The notes: generated from the letters alone by a model not told the origin. A DNA stretch of 64,000 nt from Candidatus Eiseniibacteriota bacterium (GCA_963725865.1 CAVSAC010000014.1:544001-608000); one strand, 5' to 3'; positions 42,014 to 51,804 are shown, numbered from the stretch's first letter. Numbers and translations: made by a program.

Positions 42014-43300
42014 ATGAAACGGACGAGGTTCGCCCTCACCGCCGCGTTGTTCGTGGCGGCGGTCCTTCCGACGTTGGCGCGCGCCGCGGGGTACGCCATC
42101 TACGAGCAGGGCTCCGCCGTGCTCGGCATGGCCGGGGCCGGTACGGCCTCCGTGCACGATCCATCGGCGGTGTTCTTCAACCCCGCCCGCTTGATCGCGC
42201 TGCCCGGGACGCAGCTCTACGCCGGCGGCAACGCGCTGACGGTATCGAACTCGTTCGCCGGCGTGGCGCCCTATCCGGGCTACGGCGTGACCGAGGCGAT
42301 GGTGACCCAGACCTTCTACCCGCCGAACGTCTACGCGACGACCAATCTGGGCGGCGAGTTCGCTCTCGGCGTCGGCTTCAACGCGCCGTTCGGGCTCGGC
42401 ATCGAGTGGGAGCACCCGAAGACCTTCACCGGCCGCGCGATCGCCACCAAGGCCGACGTGCAGGGCCTCAACGCGTCGGCGGTCATGGCGCACGCGCTCG
42501 GCCCGCACGCCAGCGTGGCGGTCGGGTTCGACGCGCTCTACGCGCGCGTGAACCTGCACCAGGTCGCGCAGAGCGTGGTGCCGGGCGGTGGTGGGGCGAT
42601 CGTGGACGTCGCGACCGTCGAGCTCGACGCCAAGTACCAGCCCGGGTACGGGTGGAACGCCGGCCTGTGGCTGCAGCCCACCGACCGCACGCAGATCGGT
42701 CTTGCCTACCGCAGCCGCATCGCGGTCGAGGTGGACGGCACCGCGAACTTCACGCTCATCCCGACCGGCAACCCGCTGGTCGACGCCGGCGCGGCAGCGA
42801 AGCTGGTGGACCAGGACGTCGCGAGCACGCTGCGCTTCCCGGCGATCTGGTCGCTCGGCGTCGCCTACTCGCCGGTCGAGCAGTGGACGTTCGAGGGGGA
42901 CTTCAACTGGACCGAGTGGTCGTTCTTCACGGACCTCCCGATCGAGTTCAAGTCGACCCCGGCGCTCAACAAGAAGGTGCAGGAGGACTACCAGGACCAG
43001 TACCAGGTCCGGCTCGGCGCCGAGCACCGGCTGCCCAGTTTCACTTACCGCTTCGGCTATTATTACGATCGCGCCGCCGCGCCGACGCAGTCGGTGACGC
43101 CGCTGCTGCCGGACTCCGATCGCAACGGCGTCTCGTTCGGCCTCGGTCTGCCGATCGCCCGCGGCATGACCCTCGACGCCTACGATTGCGCGCTGTTCGT
43201 CCGCCGTCGCAGCACCGACGGCCAGGAGCGCGACAACTTCAACGGGGTCTACGAGGGGTTCGTGAACCTCGCCGGCGCGGCCCTGTCCTGGCGCTTCTAG
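42014..43300 (+). CDS. fadL: FadL/OmpP1/TodX family outer-membrane long-chain fatty acid channel
   Basis: Mature start AGYAIYEQGSAVLGMAGAG, FFNPA, PFGL, PDSDR, C-terminal Phe. Confidence 0.9.
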   Translation: MKRTRFALTAALFVAAVLPTLARAAGYAIYEQGSAVLGMAGAGTASVHDPSAVFFNPARLIALPGTQLYAGGNALTVSNSFAGVAPYPGYGVTEAMVTQTFYPPNVYATTNLGGEFALGVGFNAPFGLGIEWEHPKTFTGRAIATKADVQGLNASAVMAHALGPHASVAVGFDALYARVNLHQVAQSVVPGGGGAIVDVATVELDAKYQPGYGWNAGLWLQPTDRTQIGLAYRSRIAVEVDGTANFTLIPTGNPLVDAGAAAKLVDQDVASTLRFPAIWSLGVAYSPVEQWTFEGDFNWTEWSFFTDLPIEFKSTPALNKKVQEDYQDQYQVRLGAEHRLPSFTYRFGYYYDRAAAPTQSVTPLLPDSDRNGVSFGLGLPIARGMTLDAYDCALFVRRRSTDGQERDNFNGVYEGFVNLAGAALSWRF

Positions 43301-43321
43301 CCCACCACGGGAGAACTAGCG

Positions 43322-44683
43322 ATGAAACGGTATCTCGTCGTCCTGCTCCTCGCGCTCGCCGTGGCCGCGTCCGGCTGTGGCAAGGCGCATCCCATCCTGG
43401 CGCCGGGTTCGGCCACGCTCACCGGCGGGAGCGCCGACTTCTCGCGCTATGTCGCGATGGGCACCAGCATCACTGCCGGCACGCAGTCGAACGGCCTCGA
43501 GGTGACCCACCAGCAGAAGTCTTACGCCTATCTGTTCGCCCAGCAGATCAACTCGTCGCGTTTCACGATTCCCTCGGTGAGCGTGCCGGGCATCCCGGCG
43601 CTGCTGCGCATCAAGGGCGTCACGCCGCTCGGCGGGGTGATCATCAACAACACTGGCATTCCGAACGGCGCGGAGACCAACCGCGCGCAGGCCACCGCGT
43701 TCGACAACATGGGGGTGCCGTTCTCGGTGCTGCCGGATGTCGGCGCGTTCCCCGGCGTCTCGGACACCACGGCCTACTACACGCCGCGCGCTCCGGGCGA
43801 CCAGCGGCCCGTGATGTTCGACATCGTGGTGCGTCATCGCGGCACCATCCTGTCGCAGGTCGCGAGCCTGGCGCCGACGCTCATCACGTTCGAGTACGGC
43901 TCGAACGAGGTGCTCGGCCCGGCGACCACCGGCGCCGGCACGGTGCTCGTGCCGCCGGCCAACTGGGCGGCGCTGCTCAACGGCACCCTGAACGCGCTGC
44001 AGCTGGCGGCGCCGGGCGCGAAGCTGGTGCTGTTCACGGTGCCGGATCCGACCGTGGTGCCCTACATGACCACGTTCAAGCCCTACGCGCTCGACGCGGC
44101 CGGCAGCCCGGTCGCGCTGCTGGGCCCGAGCGGCCCGCTGAGCCCCGCCGACCTCGTCCCGCTGGGCGCCAGCGACTCGCTCGCGATCGGCACCGGCTTC
44201 CCGGTCGGGGTGGCCTCGTACCTCTCCGGGCTGCCGGGCAACGGGCGCCCTCTGCCGCCCGAGCTGGTGCTCTCGGTGAGCGAGCAGGCCGGCATCCGCA
44301 CCGGGGTGGATGCGTACAACACCGCGGTGCGCAACGAGGCCGCGGCGCGCGGCGCGGCGCTGGTCGACATGGGCGGCCTGCTGCATACGCTCAGCGTCTC
44401 GGGGCTGCGCTACCAGGCCCAGGTGCTCACGACCGCGTTCGTGACGGGCGGACTGTTCAGCCTCGATGGGGTGCACCCGACCGACATCGCGCACGGGGTG
44501 CTGTGCAACGCGCTGGTCGACGCGGTGAACCTGAAGTTCGGAGCCAACGTCGCGCACGTCGATCTGAGCACCGTGGCGAGCGCCACGTCGTCGCGGGCGC
44601 TCCCCGCGGGCGCGGTCGAGGGCGCGTTGCCGTGGGTGGAGAACGCCGAGCGTTTCGGGATCGGCTACGTGCCCTGGCGCTGA
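43322..44683 (+). CDS. SGNH/GDSL lipase-family lipoprotein
   Basis: Lipobox AASGC; block I YVAMGTSITAG, block III GSNE, block V FSLDGVHP. Confidence 0.87.
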   Translation: MKRYLVVLLLALAVAASGCGKAHPILAPGSATLTGGSADFSRYVAMGTSITAGTQSNGLEVTHQQKSYAYLFAQQINSSRFTIPSVSVPGIPALLRIKGVTPLGGVIINNTGIPNGAETNRAQATAFDNMGVPFSVLPDVGAFPGVSDTTAYYTPRAPGDQRPVMFDIVVRHRGTILSQVASLAPTLITFEYGSNEVLGPATTGAGTVLVPPANWAALLNGTLNALQLAAPGAKLVLFTVPDPTVVPYMTTFKPYALDAAGSPVALLGPSGPLSPADLVPLGASDSLAIGTGFPVGVASYLSGLPGNGRPLPPELVLSVSEQAGIRTGVDAYNTAVRNEAAARGAALVDMGGLLHTLSVSGLRYQAQVLTTAFVTGGLFSLDGVHPTDIAHGVLCNALVDAVNLKFGANVAHVDLSTVASATSSRALPAGAVEGALPWVENAERFGIGYVPWR

Positions 44684-44715
44684 GCGACGCGGGCGCGCCC
44701 GCGCTCGCAGATCCC

Positions 44716-44747
44716 ACGGGGGCGGAGCCCGACGGCTCCGCCCCCGT
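44716..44747. terminator. Perfect 14-bp hairpin between convergent genes
   Basis: ACGGGGGCGGAGCC-CGAC-GGCTCCGCCCCCGT; no U-tract. Confidence 0.55.
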
Positions 44748-44843
44748 CGCATGCCCGCCCGCCTCGGGGTCGCGCCCGAGCGAGTCCGCGCGCGAACGAC
44801 TCACGCGACCCGCGCGCGGCCGTCCGGCGCGTCGCGGCGGAGC

Positions 44844-45704
44844 TCAGCGCGCGCCGATCCAGCGCGTCGTCGACTGGATCCACTGCATCACGCGGTCCAG
44901 GTAGCCGGGCGCCTTCAGCAGCTCCGCGCGCGTGGCCGCGGGCACCAGCCAGCGCTCGACCCGCACGCGGGGCGCGCGGAAGATCTCCTCCGCCACGGTG
45001 GGCGGCGCAACTTCGTCCTTGCCGGCGAGCATCAGCAAGACGGGCACCCGCAGGCGCCCGGCGGCCACGAACGGCTCGTCCGAGTTGCTGAGCAGCCGGC
45101 GCTGCCGGCTCACCGCGTCGGGGATCACCGAAGTGCCGTTCCACCTCATGACCTCGTCGGTGCTGCGGAACGGGTTGTCGATCACGATCGCGTCGACCGC
45201 GCCGCGGTCGCGCGCCGCCGCCGCGAGCATCACCGCGCCGCCGAGCTCGTGCCCCCATCCGAACACGCAGCCGCCGGAGTCCGCATGCGCCCGCGCGTAG
45301 CGGAGCGCCCCCTGCGCGTCGTCGATCCAGCGCGACGCGAGCACCACGTCGCGGAGCGAGTCGGCCGCGCCGGGGCCCTGCGGGCCGAAATCGCGGTAGT
45401 CGAACAGCAGCACCGCGCAGCCGCGGTCGTAAAACGCGCGCGCGACCGGCAGCAGGTCGGCGCGATTGCCCTTGCTGGCGTCGGCCAGCACGATCACCGG
45501 CGCCCGGCGCGGGCCTGGAATCCACCACGCATCGAGCGCGACGCTGTCGCGCGCCGATCGCACCACGACCGGCTCGAACGGCAGCGAGAACGCCTGCGGC
45601 GTGTGCGCGAGGCTCGCCGAGGGCTCCACCGCACGCGCGGTGGCCGCCGCCAGCAGCAGCCCCATCACGCCCAGCGGCACCCCGCACCGGCGGCGTGCGG
45701 TCAT
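44844..45704 (-). CDS. Exported alpha/beta-hydrolase-fold protein lacking catalytic residues
   Basis: LDAWWIP, VLLFDYRDFG, GWGHELGGA, PVLLMLAGKDEVAP; ATG overlaps the DUF885 stop. Confidence 0.8.
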   Translation of the reverse strand: MTARRRCGVPLGVMGLLLAAATARAVEPSASLAHTPQAFSLPFEPVVVRSARDSVALDAWWIPGPRRAPVIVLADASKGNRADLLPVARAFYDRGCAVLLFDYRDFGPQGPGAADSLRDVVLASRWIDDAQGALRYARAHADSGGCVFGWGHELGGAVMLAAAARDRGAVDAIVIDNPFRSTDEVMRWNGTSVIPDAVSRQRRLLSNSDEPFVAAGRLRVPVLLMLAGKDEVAPPTVAEEIFRAPRVRVERWLVPAATRAELLKAPGYLDRVMQWIQSTTRWIGAR

Positions 45705-47347
45705 ACCGTGGGGAGCCGCTCCCAGAGCTCCTCGCGCATCAGGAAGGGGGGCAGGGTGCCGAGCGAGAGCAGCGTGGCGTGGAAGTCGTGCAGGTCGAAC
45801 GCGGGCCCGAGCCGCCGCTGCGTCTCGTTGCGGATCTCCAGCAGCAGCGTCTTTCCCACCAGGTAGGCGAGCGGGTCGGTCGGCGTCAGCACGTAGCGTT
45901 TCACCTCGGCCTCGGCGTTGTGGCGCTCGAGCATCGCCTCGTCGACCAGCAGGTCGATGGCCCGCTCGACCGACAGGCGCCCCGTGTGCAGCCCGACGTC
46001 GATGACCACCCGGCACGCCCGCCACAGCGCATCGCGAAGCGCGAACAGGCGCGTCTCGGGCTCCACCAGGTAGCCGTGCTCGAGCATCAGCTCTTCGCAG
46101 TAGAACGCCCAGCCCTCGGCCATCAGGCTGCTGTCCGCCAGCCGGCGCAACCGCGAGCCGCCCGCGGTCGCGTGCGCGGACTGCACGTGATGACCCGGGA
46201 AGGACTCGTGCACCACCATCAGCGGGATCGCCGGCTCGGCGTGCCCCATCAGCGTCTCCTCCTGCTCGGCGCGCGGACGGAGCAGGTCGGGCGGCGTGAC
46301 GAACAGCTGCCCGGCGTGCTCGACGTCGAACGCGGCCGGCTGCAGGTAGGAGGCGTAGGGCAGGATGGGACGCAGGAACGCCGGCGTGTCGACCACCTCG
46401 ATCGCCGCCGTGGGCAGCGGCGCCAGGTGATGGCTCTCGACGAAGCGCCGCGCGCGCTCGACCTCGGAGCGATACAGATCGAGCACCCGCAGCGGTTCGG
46501 GCCAGTGGTGGCGGGCACGATCGAGCTGTTCGCGCCAGTTGCGCGACGGATCGAGACGCCGCGCCTCGGCTTCGAGTCGCGTGCGCGCCTCGTCGATGTG
46601 GCGGCGGCCGAAGTCCTCCAGGAAGGCGCAGTCCATCGACAGCAGGTGCTCGCGCTCGAGCTTGAAGTTCATCCAGCGTTCGCCGATCGCGAACGTGCCG
46701 GTGGCACGCGGCAGCAGCTCGCGTTCGAGGAACGCCTGGTAGTGCAGGAAGCCCATGCGTGCGCGCTTGCCGGCGTGCTCGAGGCGCTCGGCCTCGCCCG
46801 GGAACGCGCGCAGCAGCACGCGCGTGACGTCGTCCACGAAGCCGGGCCCGGTCTCGGCCACCTCGCGCGCGATCGCGACCTGGATCGGGGCGGGATTGCC
46901 GAGCACCTGCTGCGCGGCCGCGAGGTAGTCGGGGATCGCCATCAGCCGCGCGACCACGTGTTCCTTGCGCTCGTCGAGCGGCGCGAACGGCCGCGCGAGC
47001 AGCAGGTACACACCGTTGAGCGCGGTCTGCACGTAGCGCGCCGGGTCCTTGGTGTGGAGCCGCATCTCCTCCAGCTCGGCACGGCGGACGGCGAGCTGCG
47101 ATCGCAGCAGCGCGTAGTCGACGCGCTGGGTCGTGGGCAGCTCGTCCCACGGCACCGAGGCGAGCAGTCGCTGCTCGAGATCGCGCAGCCAGCTCGCGCG
47201 CTCGCCGAACCCGTCCGGCGTGTCGTGCGGGAAGCCGTCGTCGTAGTCGTGGATGCCCGCACCGGTCGCCGCCACGGGATCGTGCCGCAGCGACACCTCG
47301 ACGAATTCCTCACACAGCGCGTTGAAGACCTTGGGGGTCTCGTCCAT
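45701..47347 (-). CDS. DUF885 family protein (metallopeptidase-like)
   Basis: HESFPGHHVQ, EGWAFYCE, RACRVVIDVGLH, AYLVGK, FDLHDFH. Confidence 0.92.
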   Translation of the reverse strand: MDETPKVFNALCEEFVEVSLRHDPVAATGAGIHDYDDGFPHDTPDGFGERASWLRDLEQRLLASVPWDELPTTQRVDYALLRSQLAVRRAELEEMRLHTKDPARYVQTALNGVYLLLARPFAPLDERKEHVVARLMAIPDYLAAAQQVLGNPAPIQVAIAREVAETGPGFVDDVTRVLLRAFPGEAERLEHAGKRARMGFLHYQAFLERELLPRATGTFAIGERWMNFKLEREHLLSMDCAFLEDFGRRHIDEARTRLEAEARRLDPSRNWREQLDRARHHWPEPLRVLDLYRSEVERARRFVESHHLAPLPTAAIEVVDTPAFLRPILPYASYLQPAAFDVEHAGQLFVTPPDLLRPRAEQEETLMGHAEPAIPLMVVHESFPGHHVQSAHATAGGSRLRRLADSSLMAEGWAFYCEELMLEHGYLVEPETRLFALRDALWRACRVVIDVGLHTGRLSVERAIDLLVDEAMLERHNAEAEVKRYVLTPTDPLAYLVGKTLLLEIRNETQRRLGPAFDLHDFHATLLSLGTLPPFLMREELWERLPTV

Positions 47348-47422
47348 CGTTCTCCGTACGGCGAGGGAAGGCCCCCGCGCAGGACGCGGAGGCCTTCGAT
47401 CTCGGGCGTCGTTCGTCGGTCG

Positions 47423-47641
47423 TCAGCTCGCGCGCGTGACTTCCGCCGCCTGCTTGCCCTTGGGACCCATCACCACGTCGTATTCGACGCGGTCGCCTTC
47501 GTTGAGGGTGCGGAAGCCGCCACCCTGGATCGCGGAGAAGTGGACGAAGATGTCCTCGCCCCCGTCGTCCTGGATGAAGCCGAATCCCTTGCCCTCGTTG
47601 AACCACTTCACCGAGCCGGTCGAACGCTCGCCCGGAGTCAC
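47423..47641 (-). CDS. Cold-shock domain protein (possibly the C-terminal domain of a frameshifted fusion)
   Basis: [15 protein letters not shown] (RNP1), DIFVHFSAI (RNP2), GPKGKQA. Confidence 0.95.
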   Translation of the reverse strand: MTPGERSTGSVKWFNEGKGFGFIQDDGGEDIFVHFSAIQGGGFRTLNEGDRVEYDVVMGPKGKQAAEVTRAS

Positions 47642-48054
47642 CGGACGCAGGTTGGCCGGAGGCGCGCTGCGCGGCGCACGTCCGCCGCCCCCGCACCACG
47701 GCCACCTCCTCCGCCTCCTCCGCCTCCTCCGCCGGCGCCCTTGTGCTTCTGATAGCAGTCACGACAGTACACCGGCCGCGCACCGGTGGGGACGAACGGC
47801 ACCTGGGTCTCCACGCCGCAATCCGAGCACACAGCGGTGTGCATCTCGCCGCCGCCTCCTCCGCGCGACGAGTAGCCGCTTCCGCCTCCTCCACCCTCAC
47901 CGCGGTTCGCCTTGCGGGCGTCGCGGCAGCGCTTGCACCGGGTGGGCGCGTTCGTCAGGCCCTTCTGGCGATAGAAATCCTGCTCACCGGCCGTGAACAC
48001 GAAATCCTCGCCGCAGTCCACGCACGTGATGTGACGATCCTCTCCGGTAACCAT
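47638..48054 (-). CDS. Zinc-ribbon plus CxxC-x17-CxxC domain protein with Gly-rich linkers
   Basis: CVDC...FTAGEQDFY...CKRCR, poly-Gly, CSDC...VPFVP...PVYCRDC; GGAGG RBS. Confidence 0.9.
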   Translation of the reverse strand: MVTGEDRHITCVDCGEDFVFTAGEQDFYRQKGLTNAPTRCKRCRDARKANRGEGGGGGSGYSSRGGGGGEMHTAVCSDCGVETQVPFVPTGARPVYCRDCYQKHKGAGGGGGGGGGGGRGAGAADVRRAARLRPTCVR

Positions 48055-48107
48055 GACGCTTGCGCCGACCTCCCAGGGGACGGGGTGGAACGAACCGGAC
48101 TGCTGTG

Positions 48108-48145
48108 AAACAAGAACGCCCCGCAGCCACAGCGCTGCCGGGGCG
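48108..48145 (-). terminator. Hairpin plus U-tract (terminator or attenuator) upstream of the zinc-ribbon/CSD gene
   Basis: Minus strand CGCCCCGGCAGCGCTGTGGCTGCGGGGCG followed by TTCTTGTTT. Confidence 0.6.
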
Positions 48146-48217
48146 ACTCAGGTGCCGGTTCGGGCAAGCCGCGAGACACTGGAATCAGACGTTCGGACAG
48201 TAAGTTGGCTCACGGAC

Positions 48218-49267
48218 CTACCCGGCTCGGAATCGACGGACCTTTGTGACAACTGCGCAGGAAGTATGAGGCGGCCCCCACGCGCCTGTCAACGGTCGGT
48301 GAAGAGATTCTTCCGACTCCGGCGCGGGCGCCTCGGCGGCCGGATCGCACGGCCCTGCGGACGCCGAATCGAGGTCCGCCCCCGCCTCGTCGGGCCGCTC
48401 CGAGTCCTGCGCGGTTCCCCCGCACAGGGCATGGAGGATCTCGCCCATGGTGATGACGTCGAGCAGGTTGTGATGGAACACCGGCACCAGCCGGTAAGGG
48501 TCTCCCGAGCGCACGTAGTCGTGGTAGAGCCCCGGTACCTCCTCACCGGGGACATCGCCGGAGCGCACCCGTCGAGTGACGTGCCGCTCCAGGGTCTGGA
48601 GCCGGCAGTCGCGCAGGGTGCCCTTCCAGCGACGCCGCGCCACGTGCAGCAGGTCGAGGTGGCGCGGCGGCAGCGCCAACGGGACCGCGTGCACCGCCGC
48701 GCGGTTCTGGAGGAACGGCGCGTCGTACGACTTGCCGTTGAACGTGACCAGATACTCGAAGCCGCGCAGCGCCTCGCGCAGAGCCTCGAGCAGCCCCACC
48801 TCCTCGCCGTAGTGCCGCGCGAAATACTGGCGCAGCACGAAGTCCTCGCCGTTCCAGTGCATGGTGCCGGCGAGGAACACCGGGCTCGAGGCGAGCCCGC
48901 CGGTCTCGAGGTCGAGGAACAGCGCGCGCTCGAGGCCGCAGGCTGCGAGGGACGCCAGCTCGGGCTCGCTCACCGGCACCGGCCCGAGACGTCCCCAATG
49001 CGCGCGCCGGCGCTCGATCTCGGAGCGCAGTCGCTCGTGCACGTACACCGCGCCGCGCGCACCGCGCCACTCGCCGCCCGGCAGGAACTCCGCGACGCTC
49101 GCGCGCTCGGCGGCGCCGGCGACCTCGCGCGCGAGTCGCGCCCGGCGGCGCGCGGCGGCGGGCGTCGTGGAAGCGGACACTGGCGCGGCCGCGGGGTGGG
49201 CCGTGGCGGTGCCTGCGCGTCGCGCACGGGCGAGCTCGCCGAGCCGGGTGCGCAGGGACTCGTTCAT
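48218..49267 (-). CDS. YprB/MrfB-like RNase H-fold (DEDD) exonuclease
   Basis: FLDLETGGL, VTFNGKSYDAPFL, HLDLLH, HHNLLDV; directly follows the DUF1998 helicase. Confidence 0.9.
   Translation of the reverse strand: MNESLRTRLGELARARRAGTATAHPAAAPVSASTTPAAARRRARLAREVAGAAERASVAEFLPGGEWRGARGAVYVHERLRSEIERRRAHWGRLGPVPVSEPELASLAACGLERALFLDLETGGLASSPVFLAGTMHWNGEDFVLRQYFARHYGEEVGLLEALREALRGFEYLVTFNGKSYDAPFLQNRAAVHAVPLALPPRHLDLLHVARRRWKGTLRDCRLQTLERHVTRRVRSGDVPGEEVPGLYHDYVRSGDPYRLVPVFHHNLLDVITMGEILHALCGGTAQDSERPDEAGADLDSASAGPCDPAAEAPAPESEESLHRPLTGAWGPPHTSCAVVTKVRRFRAG
48263..48292 (-). promoter_or_regulatory. Sigma70-type promoter inside the 3' end of the RNase H-like gene
   Basis: Minus strand TTGACA-N18-CATACT, about 210 nt upstream of the ATG at 48054. 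Confidence 0.55.
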
Positions 49268-49271
49268 GGGC

Positions 49272-51644
49272 TCACGCGTCCATCGCCAGCCAGTGCCCGA
49301 GCAGCGCGCGCGCGGCGCCCTTGCCGGGAATCGCCCGCGCGTGCTGGAGGTCGGGATCCTGCTGCTGCGCCGGCCACAGCGTCGGCAGTCCCACACACGA
49401 TGGGCAGCCCGTGTCGCACGCGCACGCTTCGAGGTGGTCGAGCGAGGCGCGCGCCAGCTCGTCGAGGCGCACCCAGCCCTGCTCCGCGAAGCCCAGGCCG
49501 CCGGGATAGCGGTCGAACACGAACAGGGCGGGGCGGCCGAGATTGGACGAGTCGAGTTTGCCGCCGAGGTCGGCGGGATCGCACATGGAGAGCATCGAGA
49601 GCAGCGTGATGAACAGGTTGCGCACGCCCATCAGCCCCTCGATCGGATTGAGCCCCGCGCGCGCCACCGCACTCCATGCCGCGGGCGACGGCGCCAGCCA
49701 GAAGCCGGTGGTCTCGAGCGTGAGCCGCGGCAGCTCGAGCGGGTGGTAGCCGATGGCGTCGAGCGAGTGGAAGCGGATCTTCTTCATCGCCACGGTCTGC
49801 CACGCGTAGGTGAGCTCGCCGAGCGTCACCCGCTCGCCGCGCCACGCGCGGCCCCGCGTCTCGGCGCGCACCTGGATCGTGGTGTCGAGCACCGGCTGCG
49901 TGTAGTAGTCCACCTCGCGCGGCTCCACGTACGCCACCTTCTGGGCCAGGTCCAGCTCGCGCACGAAGTGGGTCGCCCCCTCGTGCAGGTAGATCGCCTC
50001 GGGATACACCAGCTCCAGGCCGCTGATCGCGTCCACGTTGCCGATCACGGCGTTGTCGCGCGTGACGTCGACGATGGTGTAGGTGTCGTCGGAGATGGTG
50101 CGCAGGTTCACGCGGCGCGCCGGCATCTCGGTGGTGGCCCAGTACGCCCGCCCGTCGATCACCTTGACCTCGCCCGCCTCCTCGAGCGCGGCCAGGATCT
50201 CGGCGCTCTGGGTCCCGAAGCGGGCGGCGTCCTCGACCCCGAGCGGCAGCTCGTGCGCCGCGCAGGCCAGCTGATGCGCGAGGATGTAGGGATTGTGCGG
50301 ATCCACCACCGCGGCCTCGGTGGGCCGTCCGATCAGGTGCTCGGGGTGCCGCATCAGGTACTGGTCCGCCGTCTCGTTGTACGCCACCAGCACCGCCAGC
50401 GCGGGTTCGCCCTGGCGCCCCGCCCGACCGGCCTGCTGCCAGGCACTCGCCCGCGTCGCCGGGGCGCCGATCATCACCACCGCGTCGAGCCCGCCGATGT
50501 CGACGCCCAGCTCGAGCGCGTTGGTGCTCACCACCCCGCGCAGCTCGCCGGAGAACAGCGCCTGCTCGATGGCGCGCCGCTCCTCGGGCAGGTAGCCGCC
50601 GCGATACGGCCGGATGCGACCGGCGAGCGCCGGGTGGCTCGCCTCGAGCCGCTCGCGTGCGTAGCGGAACACCAGCTCGGCCGCGACCCGCGACTTGGTG
50701 AACGCCAGCACCTGGGCGCCGCTCTCGATCAGCGCGGTCAGGATGCGGCAGCCCTCGACGTTGGCGGAGCGGCGCTGCACGCGGGTCCCGTCCACGAACT
50801 CGGGGTTCCAGAACACCACGTGCTTGGCGCCGCGCGGCGCGCCGTCGTCGTCGACCACCGTGACGTCACGCCCGGTGAGCGCCCCCGCCAGCTCGCCGGG
50901 ATTGCGGATGGTGGCGCTGCTGAGCACCGTGCGATAGGCGCCGCCGACGTGCGCCACCACGCGCTCGAGCCGGCGCAGCACGTTCGCCACGTGCGAGCCG
51001 AAGATGCCGCGGTAGGCGTGCATCTCGTCCACCACCACGAAGCGCAGCCCGCGCAGGAAGCGGCCCCAGCGCCCGTGCTGCGGCAGGATCCCGGCGTGCA
51101 GCATGTCCGGGTTGGTGAGTACGACGTTGGAGCCGTCGCGGATGCGCCGCCGCGTGGCCGCCTCGGTGTCGCCGTCATACACCCCCGCGCGCAGCGTGCG
51201 CATCAGGTCGGGATGCCCGGCCGCGAGGCGCGTGAGCCCTTTGAGTTGGTCCTGCGCGAGCGCCTTGGTCGGGAACAGGTAGAGCGCCGTGGCGTCGGGC
51301 TCGGCGAGCAGCCGCTCGAGCACCGGCAGGTGATGGCACAGGCTCTTGCCGCTCGCCGTCCCGGTCACCACCACCACGTCGAGCCCGCCACGCAGGGCCT
51401 CGATGGCCTGGACCTGGTGGCTGTAGAGCGCGTGGATGCCGCGGTGCGCGAGCGCCTCCTCGAGCGGGCCGGGCAGCGGAAGCGACAGTCGTCCGAAGCG
51501 CGCGGGGCGCGCGGGGAGGGTCTCCCAGTGCGCGATCGCCTCGCGCGCGCCGCTCACGGCGGTGAGCGCCGCCAGCCAGGGCGGCGCGGTCCCGGCCGCG
51601 AGGGCGGGCGGCCAGTCGAGGAAACGGGCGGAACCGGCCTGCAT
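49272..51644 (-). CDS. DEAH-box helicase with DUF1998 (YprA/MrfA/Hrq1-like)
   Basis: LYSHQ, TASGKS, PTKALAQDQ, DEMH, SAT, TNALELG, QQAGRAGR, C-terminal CACDTGCPSC. Confidence 0.95.
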   Translation of the reverse strand: MQAGSARFLDWPPALAAGTAPPWLAALTAVSGAREAIAHWETLPARPARFGRLSLPLPGPLEEALAHRGIHALYSHQVQAIEALRGGLDVVVVTGTASGKSLCHHLPVLERLLAEPDATALYLFPTKALAQDQLKGLTRLAAGHPDLMRTLRAGVYDGDTEAATRRRIRDGSNVVLTNPDMLHAGILPQHGRWGRFLRGLRFVVVDEMHAYRGIFGSHVANVLRRLERVVAHVGGAYRTVLSSATIRNPGELAGALTGRDVTVVDDDGAPRGAKHVVFWNPEFVDGTRVQRRSANVEGCRILTALIESGAQVLAFTKSRVAAELVFRYARERLEASHPALAGRIRPYRGGYLPEERRAIEQALFSGELRGVVSTNALELGVDIGGLDAVVMIGAPATRASAWQQAGRAGRQGEPALAVLVAYNETADQYLMRHPEHLIGRPTEAAVVDPHNPYILAHQLACAAHELPLGVEDAARFGTQSAEILAALEEAGEVKVIDGRAYWATTEMPARRVNLRTISDDTYTIVDVTRDNAVIGNVDAISGLELVYPEAIYLHEGATHFVRELDLAQKVAYVEPREVDYYTQPVLDTTIQVRAETRGRAWRGERVTLGELTYAWQTVAMKKIRFHSLDAIGYHPLELPRLTLETTGFWLAPSPAAWSAVARAGLNPIEGLMGVRNLFITLLSMLSMCDPADLGGKLDSSNLGRPALFVFDRYPGGLGFAEQGWVRLDELARASLDHLEACACDTGCPSCVGLPTLWPAQQQDPDLQHARAIPGKGAARALLGHWLAMDA

Positions 51645-51804
51645 GGGGGCATCCTCGTGGGACCTGCACTGCGCTCCTGCGGGTGGGTACGGGAGCGCAC
51701 GGGCGGGCGGCAGGAGGACAGTATAGGGACGCCGCGGGTCCCCGCCTAGACAAATGTGCAGTAGGCGCGCACCCGCGCCGGGCGCGGCCGCGTGCGTGCC
51801 GGAG

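Noticed and set aside
47705..47735. (CCGCCTCCT)n short tandem repeat
   Set aside because: It encodes the poly-Gly linker and is not an independent element.
49272..51644. DISARM or Druantia-type defence system based on DUF1998
   Set aside because: No methylase or other defence partners; pairing with a YprB-like nuclease fits the repair-type MrfAB.
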